A stretch of 64,000 nucleotides of DNA, taken from Candidatus Obscuribacteraceae bacterium (GTDB lineage: Bacteria; Cyanobacteriota; Vampirovibrionia; Obscuribacterales; Obscuribacteraceae). The translations under genes were made by a program, and so were the position numbers. The notes under the pieces were generated by a model. It searched no databases and was not told the DNA's origin. It saw nothing but the letters and a program-made list of their open reading frames with translations. Below are positions 18,068-27,660 of this stretch, piece by piece. Location of the stretch: the NCBI GenBank assembly GCA_044226015.1, contig JBGAHS010000009.1:1-64000 (forward strand), in the 5' to 3' direction. Position 1 is the stretch's first letter. Each line of letters opens with the position of its first letter.

Positions 18068-20134
18068 ATGAATCTGCCACCCCCGAACGATGAACTCAAC
18101 GCCGCCTTTCCTGTAATTGAGGGGATTAAGCTGATTGAAGTGCTCGGGCAAGGGGCATTCTCCACAGTTTATAAGGCAAAGCAGCTTAATCTTGACCGCA
18201 TTGTCGCCGTTAAGGTTCTTACAAATAAAGAGCAGCACACGCAGCGAGGGCTGGCACGATTTCAGCGCGAGGCGAAAATTACAAGTGAGCTAAACCATCC
18301 TAATATAGTGAATGTTCTCGGGTTTGGAACAACGCAGGAAGGCTTGCCTTATCTGGTACTCGAATATATTGAAGGCGCAACTCTTGCTACTGAGCTAGCG
18401 AGGTCGGAGAGTTTGACCTATTCTCAGCTGGGAGAGATCTTCATTCCTGTTCTTGACGCACTAGCATTTGCCCATTCGAGAGGTTTGGTGCATCGAGATG
18501 TGAAGCCCGAAAATATCATGCTGCGTAAAATTGAGGGCAAGATTGCCAATGTAAGATTGCTTGATTTTGGCATCGCCAGGTTGTTTGAGCCAGATCCTGA
18601 ACTTGGTCAGATGAATAGCACGATGACAGCCGCAATGATTGGTTCACCCGCCTACATGAGTCCTGAGCAGTGCGCAGGCAAAGTCGTTGATTTCCGCTCT
18701 GACCTGTATTCGGTGTCTTGTGTTATTTATGAAAGCTTGTTTGGAACGCCGCCATTTGTTGCTAACTCGGCGCTTGAGGTCATGCAAATGCACCTCAATG
18801 GAGATTTGCCAGACGCAAATATCTTGAGTAAACGAACTGATGTTCCACTCGCTTTAACGCAGCTGCTTTTAAGTGGGTTGTCTAAGACTCCCGAGCACCG
18901 ACCACAGTCCGCAGAGCAAATGAGAAATTCTCTTGCAAATGTCATTGCAAGCCAAACAGGGCAGATTTCACGTCGACCAATATCCGGTACAAAGAATTTG
19001 ACTGGTGGCAAAAATAAAGCTTACGCTCTGTGTCTAATAGCCATCCTTGCCATTGTGGGCGGTGGCATTTTGTTTCTTCAAGCTCGCAGCAGAAGGGAGG
19101 TAGATAAGCCCATTGTGCCTAATGTTTCCGCGTTGGTGGCTCGAGCACGGCTTCTATCCAGCGACAAGCGTGATTGGGTCGGTGCTGCAGTTTTCTGGAA
19201 GGAGGCATATGATGCTGAGACAAGTTCACATAACCAGGGGCTTAAGTGGACATGCGCGATTCAGTATTCTCACTCTTTGCAAATGAGCGCTCGAATTCAT
19301 GGGCACAATGAGAAGCTTGACCGCGATTTGAGAACAGCGTATCCCATGCTTATCAAAACAATGAAAGAGTCTGCTGGAAATAATGAGAAAGTATGCCACG
19401 ACGCGATGATTCAGTCATCATTGATGCTTGGAGAAATTCGAGACAAAGAGCTCGCCAAATCTTTCGTGCCTACTGCTCTTGAAGTAGCTCCTAAACTTTT
19501 GCCAGAGAATAGGCTGGTTGACTTATCGCAGCTGAAGTATGTGCTTTTGAATCTTGATTTGCCTGAAGAGAGTCTCGAAGTCTGTGACAAGTTGATTGCC
19601 TCTGCTGAAGCGACTGATGTAAATAATGTGGTCGAGCCAATTTTTGTGCTCAATGGAAAAGCCACTAAAGCTTATTTGACGCTTCTGCTCAAACACGACA
19701 AGGAATCAGCAGACAAACTTGCAAAAAATGTGGCTGCCATGCTGCACCAAGATGAATATGCCAGCCCAGTCTATCGAATGTCTGTTCTCGAAATCTTGTT
19801 CAAAACACTCATTGTGACTGACGTGTCTTTCGCTGAAAAAATGCTCAAAGCTGAGTTAGGCGAACTCTCTCGTTCTCCCTTCGTGACGGTGCGAGTTTAC
19901 TCCTGTCTCGCAGACTGTCATGTGAGGCTGAAAAAAGAACATGATGCCATGAATGATTACCTGCAAATTGTAGAAAGATTGCCTAACGTTATGCTAAACA
20001 CGGTAGACGAGGAAAAGGAATTTGAAAGTGTGCTCGAACAAGGCATTCTTCTGGCTCGAAAGTTGCACGACCCCAACCTCCCCCGACTAGAAGCCGCACG
20101 CAAGTACTTTCCTCTGCCTGTGAAACCGGTATAA
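18068..20134 (+). CDS. Hanks-type Ser/Thr protein kinase with TM and TPR-like C-terminal region
   Basis: LGQGAFSTV, VAVK, HRDVKPEN, DFG, GSPAYMSPE, SDLYS, followed by a TM segment. Confidence 0.95.
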   Translation: MNLPPPNDELNAAFPVIEGIKLIEVLGQGAFSTVYKAKQLNLDRIVAVKVLTNKEQHTQRGLARFQREAKITSELNHPNIVNVLGFGTTQEGLPYLVLEYIEGATLATELARSESLTYSQLGEIFIPVLDALAFAHSRGLVHRDVKPENIMLRKIEGKIANVRLLDFGIARLFEPDPELGQMNSTMTAAMIGSPAYMSPEQCAGKVVDFRSDLYSVSCVIYESLFGTPPFVANSALEVMQMHLNGDLPDANILSKRTDVPLALTQLLLSGLSKTPEHRPQSAEQMRNSLANVIASQTGQISRRPISGTKNLTGGKNKAYALCLIAILAIVGGGILFLQARSRREVDKPIVPNVSALVARARLLSSDKRDWVGAAVFWKEAYDAETSSHNQGLKWTCAIQYSHSLQMSARIHGHNEKLDRDLRTAYPMLIKTMKESAGNNEKVCHDAMIQSSLMLGEIRDKELAKSFVPTALEVAPKLLPENRLVDLSQLKYVLLNLDLPEESLEVCDKLIASAEATDVNNVVEPIFVLNGKATKAYLTLLLKHDKESADKLAKNVAAMLHQDEYASPVYRMSVLEILFKTLIVTDVSFAEKMLKAELGELSRSPFVTVRVYSCLADCHVRLKKEHDAMNDYLQIVERLPNVMLNTVDEEKEFESVLEQGILLARKLHDPNLPRLEAARKYFPLPVKPV

Positions 20135-20243
20135 ACAAGCAACTTCACACAAAGCACGAGCACAGTTCATATTCGCTACAATATTCGGCGGTGACTTCGG
20201 CGAGATGAAAAGACCTCGTTTCGCCCGTTTCAGCGAGAAAAAA

Positions 20244-21815
20244 ATGGCATACAACGACTTACGTGGATTTATCAAAGCCCTTGAAGATGCGGGCGAATTG
20301 ATGAGAATTACTGCGCCTGTTGATAGCGATCTCGAAATTGCCGAGATAACTGATCGGGTCAGCAAGTCAAAAGACGGTAGTAACAAAGCGCTTTTGTTCA
20401 CAAACGTGAAGGGCTACAACATGCCCGTTTTAATTAACGCTTTTGGCTCGATGAAACGCATGTGCATGGCGCTTGAGACCGAATCTCTCGACGATGTGGC
20501 CGATCGAATACGTCATTTAATCAAGCCGAAAGTTCCAGAAAGTCTGGTCGAAAAGCTAGGCATGCTGCCAACTTTGATCGAAGTTGGTAATTTCCCGCCG
20601 AAGCTAAGCAATCAGGCCGCTCCCTGCCAGGAAGTGGTAATTCGCAATCCAGATCAAAAAATGCTGGATTCGCTACCTATCATTCGCTGCTGGCCTGATG
20701 ATCCGGCGCCGTTCATTACGCTTCCAGTCGTGATAACGCGCGACCCGAAAAACGGAATTCGCAATTTGGGAGTCTATCGGCTTCAAAAATACGACAACAG
20801 CACCACGGGAATGCACTGGCATAAACACCACGATGGAGCTAGAAACTTCGAAGAAATCAGACGCCTTGAGATTTTGACCCCAGGTGCTCCTATGGTGGAA
20901 CCGCCTAACTACGGCACTTTCTTTGACTCAGCGCCTACTGAAAGACCTGGTAAGCGACTTGAAGTTGCTATAGCTCTGGGTTGCGACCCTACGATTACTT
21001 TCTCTGCAACGGCGCCTCTGCCGCCAGAAATTGACGAGCTACTCTTCGCAGGATTTTTGCGGAAGTCACCTGTGAAGTTGGTGAAATGCGTCAGTGTGGA
21101 TCTCGAAGTTCCGGCAACAGCTGAAATCGTGATAGAAGGGTATGTTGATCAATCCGAATTGCGTGTCGAGGGACCGTTTGGCGACCACACTGGCTTCTAC
21201 AGCCCGGCAGGCATGTTTCCGGTTTTCCATGTGACTGCCGTGACACACCGTAAGGACCCTATTTATCAAACAACCATCGTCGGCAAGCCGCCACAAGAGG
21301 ACTGCTATCTCGGCAAGGCGACCGAGCGCATTTTTCTTCCAATGCTGCAGACGCTGGTTTCCGAAATCGTGGATATGGACCTGCCCTGGGAAGGCGTGTT
21401 CCATAACTGCGCAATTATTGCCATCGACAAGCGCTATCCTGGTCATGCGAAGAAAGTTATGAGCGCCGTTTGGGGGCTTGGGCAGATGATGTTCACGAAG
21501 TACGTCATCATCGTGGACAAGCACGTGAATGTGCACGACATGTCTGAGGTTGCCTTGCATGTGTTCGGCAACGTTGACCCGCGCAGAGATATGATGTTCA
21601 GCGATGGACCGGTCGACATACTCGACCACTCGGCGCCCATGTTCGGTTATGGGTCGAAGGTTGGCATTGATGCCACGCAAAAGTGGCAATCTGAAGGGCA
21701 CACGCGCGAGTGGCCGAAAGAAATAATCATGAGTGACGAAATGAAGGAAGTGGTTTCGCGGCGCTGGGCTGAGTATGGATTCAGCGGCAAGGTGCCTGCG
21801 GCTGCCCGCCGTTAG
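20244..21815 (+). CDS. ubiD: UbiD family decarboxylase (menaquinone biosynthesis type)
   Basis: MAYNDLRGFI start, NLGVYRLQ, MHWH, EGPFGDHTGFYS, GKPPQED and GSKVGIDAT. Confidence 0.93.
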   Translation: MAYNDLRGFIKALEDAGELMRITAPVDSDLEIAEITDRVSKSKDGSNKALLFTNVKGYNMPVLINAFGSMKRMCMALETESLDDVADRIRHLIKPKVPESLVEKLGMLPTLIEVGNFPPKLSNQAAPCQEVVIRNPDQKMLDSLPIIRCWPDDPAPFITLPVVITRDPKNGIRNLGVYRLQKYDNSTTGMHWHKHHDGARNFEEIRRLEILTPGAPMVEPPNYGTFFDSAPTERPGKRLEVAIALGCDPTITFSATAPLPPEIDELLFAGFLRKSPVKLVKCVSVDLEVPATAEIVIEGYVDQSELRVEGPFGDHTGFYSPAGMFPVFHVTAVTHRKDPIYQTTIVGKPPQEDCYLGKATERIFLPMLQTLVSEIVDMDLPWEGVFHNCAIIAIDKRYPGHAKKVMSAVWGLGQMMFTKYVIIVDKHVNVHDMSEVALHVFGNVDPRRDMMFSDGPVDILDHSAPMFGYGSKVGIDATQKWQSEGHTREWPKEIIMSDEMKEVVSRRWAEYGFSGKVPAAARR

Positions 21816-21820
21816 AACTC

Positions 21821-22150
21821 TCCTGCCTGATCCGGTCTGGACGCGCAGGTTCCAACCCGCTTCGGTTCAGTAGCGCAAGCATCCTGCCTGCTCAGGTCTG
21901 GGAGCGTCATCTACCCCTCTCCGGTCTGTGCGTACAGGCGCAAGCATCCTGCTTGCTCAGGTCTGCGAGCGTCATCCACCCAGCTACGGTCTGGGAGCGG
22001 CATCCACCCTGCTTAGGTCTGTGGGCGAATGCGCATGCATCATGCCTGATCCGGTCTGGACGACGCGCAGGTTCCAACCCGCTTTGGTTCAGGAGCGCTA
22101 GCATCCTGCCTGCTCAGGTCTGTGCGTGCAGGCTTCCAGCCGCCAGGATC
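21821..22150. repeat. Array of about 11 REP-like palindromic units (28-37 bp)
   Basis: Units start GGTCTG/GGTTCAG, consensus G(G/T)AGCGCAGGCATCCTGCCTGCTCA. 21824-21900 is re-duplicated at about 22043-22122. Confidence 0.8.
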
Positions 22151-22500
22151 GCGGCGCCCCCAGCTAGTTTCCGCCGATAGGCATCCAAATTCTATGGCAA
22201 ACCCGATATGAATCTATGGCGTCCCTTTACATCCGATAACATTTGGGTTGAGGGAAGCCAGCAGGAAAAACGAAGAAAATCTGAAAATAGCTGCTTTAAG
22301 CCTGCAGAAAGCATCCTAAGCTATTCATGCTGCAAAAAAGATCCAAAAAAGGCTTGCCAAGGGCATCATTTAATGTTTTGAGCTTGGAAAGTTCCGCTTT
22401 TGGGGGCATAAGAAGAGTACAGCGAAATGTTCGTATAACCAACTGTCTAAAGTGACCGATCAATTCGGCTGCTGTTACACTCCTGCGGAAATTCAAAAAT

Positions 22501-23694
22501 ATGTTCAGCATGAAACGCTCCGGGTCATGTCTCTTGGCCCTCATGGCTCTATTTTGCACTGTCTACCCACCAGCACAATCCAGCTACAAGCCGCATCCGC
22601 GCGAAGTCTATCATAAGGCTTGGGAATTGGTTTACCAGACCTACTATGATCCTGGTTTCAATCACCAGAATTGGGCTGCTTGGGAGCACAGATACGACGC
22701 CGACATCAAGACGGTGGCTGATGCTCACAAAGACATCAAACTCATGCTCGAAAGTTTGAAAGATCCATACACTCGTTTTCTAGACCCACAATCATTCAAA
22801 GACGAGAGTGATGCAATCAACGCCAAAATCGTTGGCATCGGCATCAATCTGGTTCAGAAAGAAGGTCGCCTCGTTGTAACCAAAACCATCGACAACAGCC
22901 CAGCTCAGAATGCTGGTCTCCAACAAAAAGACGAAATCGTTGCGATCGATGGACACAACACAATTGGCTACACACCAGAGCAAGCTGCTGAAAGAATCCG
23001 TGGGAAAGCAGGTTCCACAGTCACCATCGCAGTAAAGCGCGGCGATGCCGAAAAGAAATTCGATATCACCAGAGCTGAAATCACCATTCATGCTGTCAGC
23101 TATAAAGTTCTTGATTCGAACATCGGTTACATCCAACTCTCGACCTTCATCTCGAATGATGCTGCTCGTGAGTTCAAGACAGCTCTCGAAAAGCTTTCTA
23201 AAACAGATGGTTTGATTGTTGACCTTCGCGATAATCCTGGTGGATTGCTCTCGAACTCCCTCGAAATCGCAGACATGCTTCTCGACGGTGGTGTCATTGT
23301 TAGTACCGCAGGTCGCAACGGACGCTCAGTTGATACAGCTTCCGGCAACCCAATGACACATCAACCAATCGCAGTTCTCGTTGACGACGAAAGCGCTAGC
23401 GCTAGTGAAATTCTCGCAGGTGCACTGAAAGATAATCAACGTGCCACCATCATCGGAACACACACCTACGGAAAGGGTCTGGTTCAAGAAATCAATCACC
23501 TTCCAGGTGGAGCTGCTGTCCACATCACCGTGTCCAAGTATTTGACACCAAGCGGTGCCGACATCAACAAAGTTGGCGTTCAGCCAGACATCATGGTCAC
23601 CGACCACGAACAGCAAGACAGCGTTGCAATGACATTCTTGAAAGAAAAGATTGCAAGCCTCAAGCACAACAACCAGATTTCATTGAACAAATAA
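22501..23694 (+). CDS. ctpA: C-terminal processing protease, S41 family
   Basis: Signal peptide, DPYTRF, PDZ (GIGI), DLRDNPGG, SASASEI and TYGKG. Confidence 0.93.
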   Translation: MFSMKRSGSCLLALMALFCTVYPPAQSSYKPHPREVYHKAWELVYQTYYDPGFNHQNWAAWEHRYDADIKTVADAHKDIKLMLESLKDPYTRFLDPQSFKDESDAINAKIVGIGINLVQKEGRLVVTKTIDNSPAQNAGLQQKDEIVAIDGHNTIGYTPEQAAERIRGKAGSTVTIAVKRGDAEKKFDITRAEITIHAVSYKVLDSNIGYIQLSTFISNDAAREFKTALEKLSKTDGLIVDLRDNPGGLLSNSLEIADMLLDGGVIVSTAGRNGRSVDTASGNPMTHQPIAVLVDDESASASEILAGALKDNQRATIIGTHTYGKGLVQEINHLPGGAAVHITVSKYLTPSGADINKVGVQPDIMVTDHEQQDSVAMTFLKEKIASLKHNNQISLNK

Positions 23695-23737
23695 ACTAGC
23701 CCTCGGCTTAGTTTCCTATCCCGCAATTTTTCGCTGT

Positions 23738-23767
23738 CAGCCCCGTCTTATTAAAAAGGCGGGGCTG
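23738..23767. terminator. Stem-loop/terminator after ctpA
   Basis: CAGCCCCGTCTT / AAGGCGGGGCTG 12-bp stem. Confidence 0.65.
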
Positions 23768-23817
23768 CAAATTTCTGGGACCTTCGATATCATGACAGCG
23801 TTCTTTGGTGTCTGTCG

Positions 23818-25233
23818 TTGGTAAAAACGGTGGTCAAGAGGCGCGACAAATTGGCAGCAATTACCAGGATGCAAGCAGGTCTTGCTTTCGCGGTAGTTAT
23901 GAGCGGCTTAATCTCTATAGCACTGCCGAGCTACTGCTTGGCAAGTGGCGATCCTTTGGAAGAATGCCGTCATAAGATTCTTCTCAACCCGACAGATCCT
24001 GAGCCCTATTACAACCGTGCGCTCTGGCAAGCAAGACTCGGAAATGACGTAAAAGCACTGGAAGACTACAACAAGTGCTTGTCGTTAGATCCCAAAATGA
24101 CCAGTGCTTATGCCAATCGAGGCAACCTTTATTATCGCCAGGGCAAGTTTGATATGGCGGTGCGAGACTTTAGCAAAGCTATTTCTCTTGTCGGCGATAA
24201 AGCAAGCTATTACTACAATCGAGCCTGCGCTTATCGAGCTCTGGGAAATGCAAATGCGGCGCTAGATGATTTCAACAAAGCAGTTGAAATGGAACCGCAA
24301 AACGCGCTTATGCTTGAGGCTCGCGCGGACTTTCTCCTCAGCAAAGTGGCGAACAAAGCGGCTATGCAAGACTACACCGCTGCGATTGCTCTCAATCCAA
24401 AGCGTCCAGAATTGTTCAACAAGCGGGGCTCGGCATATTTTGAGTTGAAGAACTACAAAGAAGCGCTCTACGACTTTGAGGATTCTATTCGACTCGACCC
24501 AACCAATGCTCTTTCCTACTACAACAAGGCTAGCGCTGAACAGAAGCTGAAAGATTACAAAGCCGCGTTGGTAGATTACGGCAAGGCAATCAAGCTTGAT
24601 TCCTCAAAGTGCGAGCCATTTGCGAGTCGAGCCAAAACTTATTATGAGTTGAAACAGTACAAGAATGCTCTGGCTGACTTTGATGCGGCATTGAACATTG
24701 ACCCTAAACGTGGTGACTTATATCACGCACGTGGCTGCGCAAATCTCGCAATGGGAAACAATGAGGCTGCGGCAGATGATAGTGGTAAAGCAATCGCACT
24801 CAAAGTCAATGTGAATTCCGCGCGCTGGAATAGAGCTGCTGCCTACATCGCGCTGAAGAATTACAGCAAGGCGCTCGAAGATATGAATGAAGTGATTAAA
24901 GCCGAGCCGAACAGTGCGATGGCATTCAACAATCGCGCTGATATTTACAATGGGCTTGGTAAGCCAGAACTTGCAATAGCGGATTGCAATCAAGCTTTGA
25001 AGTTAGATGCGGGCTGCACCGTCGCGTATGCAACTAGAGCTGAAGCTTTCGACAAGCTGAACAAGTTTGAAGACGCCGTGAAAGACTACAGTAAGTTCAT
25101 TCAATCGAACCCAACTTTTGCACAAGCATATATAGGTCGCAGCAAGGCGCAAGAGAAATTAGGACGCTGGGACCTTTCCGCCAAGGACAGGCAACTGGCT
25201 GAAAAGCTTGGCTATCGCGATTCGTTTAAATAG
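23818..25233 (+). CDS. Tetratricopeptide repeat protein, probably exported
   Basis: About 12 consecutive 34-aa TPRs (AYANRGNLY...A..D...AI.L.P) after a hydrophobic N-terminus. Confidence 0.92.
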   Translation: MVKTVVKRRDKLAAITRMQAGLAFAVVMSGLISIALPSYCLASGDPLEECRHKILLNPTDPEPYYNRALWQARLGNDVKALEDYNKCLSLDPKMTSAYANRGNLYYRQGKFDMAVRDFSKAISLVGDKASYYYNRACAYRALGNANAALDDFNKAVEMEPQNALMLEARADFLLSKVANKAAMQDYTAAIALNPKRPELFNKRGSAYFELKNYKEALYDFEDSIRLDPTNALSYYNKASAEQKLKDYKAALVDYGKAIKLDSSKCEPFASRAKTYYELKQYKNALADFDAALNIDPKRGDLYHARGCANLAMGNNEAAADDSGKAIALKVNVNSARWNRAAAYIALKNYSKALEDMNEVIKAEPNSAMAFNNRADIYNGLGKPELAIADCNQALKLDAGCTVAYATRAEAFDKLNKFEDAVKDYSKFIQSNPTFAQAYIGRSKAQEKLGRWDLSAKDRQLAEKLGYRDSFK

Positions 25234-25341
25234 ATTTCGCCGGAGTGACTGAGAATTTCTTGGCTGGGAGGGACTTCCAGCAGAAATTGTTCACCAGCGA
25301 TGAATCTACTTCGACCTTTTCTTAGATCTGGGCAACATGTA

Positions 25342-27639
25342 TCAGTAATAGTATTCGGTTTGATTGGTCCAGGTGTTCTTCGGAAAATTCCGGTGTAAAA
25401 CCTGGAAGCACTCCTTGGAATATTTTGTAGAAGTCGCGTTCTTCTCTCCGAACTTGCTCGCCTTTACGCATAGATGCAATGCTTCCGGAATGCGATTGTC
25501 TTTGGGATTCGTTTTCCAGTATGCAAGAACATACTTAGACAGAGCCGCCGAGCTTGGTCCAAGTTCGAGCAGCCTCTTGTTCTCTACCAATCCATCTGCT
25601 TTTTCTTTTGGGTTCAGGCACGTCAAATAGTATTTAGCGTCACCGAAATGCTCTCCGGGCTCTTCTTGTTCGGGCACCTTTAAGTCAGCCGAATTCCACC
25701 AGTTATTCTGATAATCATCAATCTCATTTATTGGTGTAGCACGCCCGTAGTCTGCTTCTATGTAAGGGCGCATACCTGGATTTTTCAAGATCATGAGGGC
25801 GGCAGCAAAGTTCTTTTCAGTTTGACTACTGGCTTTCTCATATACTGCTAATTGCGCCGCAAATCGGGGACCGAGTGCTTTCAATTTTGGTGACACCACA
25901 TTCAGTGCTGCGTTGTCGCCGAGCAGGAATGCTCTTACCCAGAGCGCTTGAGTCGCGTCTGCGTTCAGGCGCTTGCTCAGAGGAAGGCTCAAAAGAGACA
26001 TCAACAGGTTTTGTGGAACTGCAGAGCTGAAAAAACGTGCGGTCGCAGGCGTTAATGCAGGTTCTAGGGACGGATAGTTCTTGCTTTGTTCTGTTTTTTC
26101 AAACTCTTCAGGAACCTCAGCGGCGTCGCCTCCAGCTTCAACACAACTTGGGCGTTGCAATGCAAAGCGAGTAAAATCTGCGAAAGACTTGCAAACCATC
26201 AAGCGCTGATTGATGAAGTAATTCTTCGAAGATGGCGCAAGTATAACCGATTTGTTTTCAAAAATTTTATCGATGATTGCGCGTGCTTCGTCTGATTTTT
26301 TTGATTGTGCAAGAAGTCTGCTTAGCTCATATTGCAAATGCTGATAAGCTGGTGAACTTGCCGAAACCATTTTTGCTTCATTCATGAGCTTGGCTGCTTC
26401 AGCATCAGAGGGCGTTAAATAACGCATCGATGCAATCAGCCACGGTAGTTTATGCGTCTGGTTCCATTTTGAAATTGCATGCTTCTTTGCCTCTGGCAAA
26501 TTCGTTTGCATCGTGAGAATCCAATCGCTCATTTCCCCCGCTTTTGCGATGCGCTCATGCTTAGACCAACGTTGAGCCGAGGGATCTTTCCCCATATCAA
26601 CCCAATCGTCGAAGACTTCACCAATAATGTTGCTGTAGAGAAAAGTGTAATCGCTGAGGTATGCACCAGCGTTTGCTCCAGAGGCGTTAGAATTCAACTT
26701 GTTATTCAACTCTGCAAGCGTACTGTCTGTATTTGAGTGGAACTTGACGAAACTTAGCAGCGCTTTCAGCGCGCTGTCAAAGGTGCTTGCTTTGTTTAAT
26801 AAATCGTTGATGCGTTTTTCAGCTTCTGCCAGTAGAGCTGAGTCTACGCTTGCTTTGGTAGTCGCTTCCCGCACGAGTGAACGTACTGCAAGATAAGAGC
26901 CCAGGTAGCTAAAAGGTGAATCTTTGTCCTGAGCAATTTTGTCGAACTCCGCTCGAGCCTTTTCGTATTCGCGTCCGTAAAAGTGCGCGCAGGCAATCTG
27001 GTAATCTCTATACGCCTTGAACTTTGGACTCAGTCCTTCAGCAGGTGCGGGGAACTTTGTTTGATTACCGGAGCAATTGCAAAACACATCGTCTTGCCCT
27101 TTGATCCATTCATTGAATTCCTTGCTATTTGGTCCAAATTCTTTGGACACTTGCTGCCCCGTCTTTGCGGCAAATTCGAACGCGGTGCTTGGGCAGTTTA
27201 GAAAGTTGATGTAGAGGCTGCCACTGTCTATATACTTGTAGCCAAAAATGTTGCCGTCTTTGAGCGGTTTGCCAATTGCCTTGCGAAATTCAATCCATTG
27301 CGAGCTGTTATCTGAATCCTCGCTGAATCCATAAGCTGCTGTATTGACTGCACCATGCGCCAGGCGTGTCTCCCAGAGTGCCACCATCGATGTTTGCTCT
27401 GACTCTGTCAATGGTGCTCCATTCAGATAGCGCCAAGCTGCGACCATATAGCTTCTTGCGATGTTCTTTGGTAGAACTCCAATGTTTCCCTTCGCGAACT
27501 TAGGCAAAGGAAAGTCGGGGTGAAGTGTGTATACATAATCGTTTGAGGCAAAAAACGGACCACATGCAAGAGTGGGCGATTGAACGGTTCCTATGGCGAT
27601 TAGCGCACTTGCTAATAGCACCGAAACCCTTTTATCCAT
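25342..27639 (-). CDS. Exported alpha-solenoid hypothetical protein
   Basis: Signal peptide ending LACGP, FLNC, DYQIACAHFY, NWW, RIPEALHL, C-terminal YYY. Confidence 0.7.
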   Translation of the reverse strand: MDKRVSVLLASALIAIGTVQSPTLACGPFFASNDYVYTLHPDFPLPKFAKGNIGVLPKNIARSYMVAAWRYLNGAPLTESEQTSMVALWETRLAHGAVNTAAYGFSEDSDNSSQWIEFRKAIGKPLKDGNIFGYKYIDSGSLYINFLNCPSTAFEFAAKTGQQVSKEFGPNSKEFNEWIKGQDDVFCNCSGNQTKFPAPAEGLSPKFKAYRDYQIACAHFYGREYEKARAEFDKIAQDKDSPFSYLGSYLAVRSLVREATTKASVDSALLAEAEKRINDLLNKASTFDSALKALLSFVKFHSNTDSTLAELNNKLNSNASGANAGAYLSDYTFLYSNIIGEVFDDWVDMGKDPSAQRWSKHERIAKAGEMSDWILTMQTNLPEAKKHAISKWNQTHKLPWLIASMRYLTPSDAEAAKLMNEAKMVSASSPAYQHLQYELSRLLAQSKKSDEARAIIDKIFENKSVILAPSSKNYFINQRLMVCKSFADFTRFALQRPSCVEAGGDAAEVPEEFEKTEQSKNYPSLEPALTPATARFFSSAVPQNLLMSLLSLPLSKRLNADATQALWVRAFLLGDNAALNVVSPKLKALGPRFAAQLAVYEKASSQTEKNFAAALMILKNPGMRPYIEADYGRATPINEIDDYQNNWWNSADLKVPEQEEPGEHFGDAKYYLTCLNPKEKADGLVENKRLLELGPSSAALSKYVLAYWKTNPKDNRIPEALHLCVKASKFGEKNATSTKYSKECFQVLHRNFPKNTWTNQTEYYY

Positions 27640-27660
27640 GGTTTGCTCCTTCCTGATTTA

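Noticed and set aside
21821..22150. Possible CRISPR array
   Set aside because: Units are degenerate and contiguous with no unique spacers; REP-like instead.
21907..22180. ORFs 21907-22104 (-) and 21953-22180 (+)
   Set aside because: Open frames produced by the GC-rich repeat array; no RBS or protein-like features.
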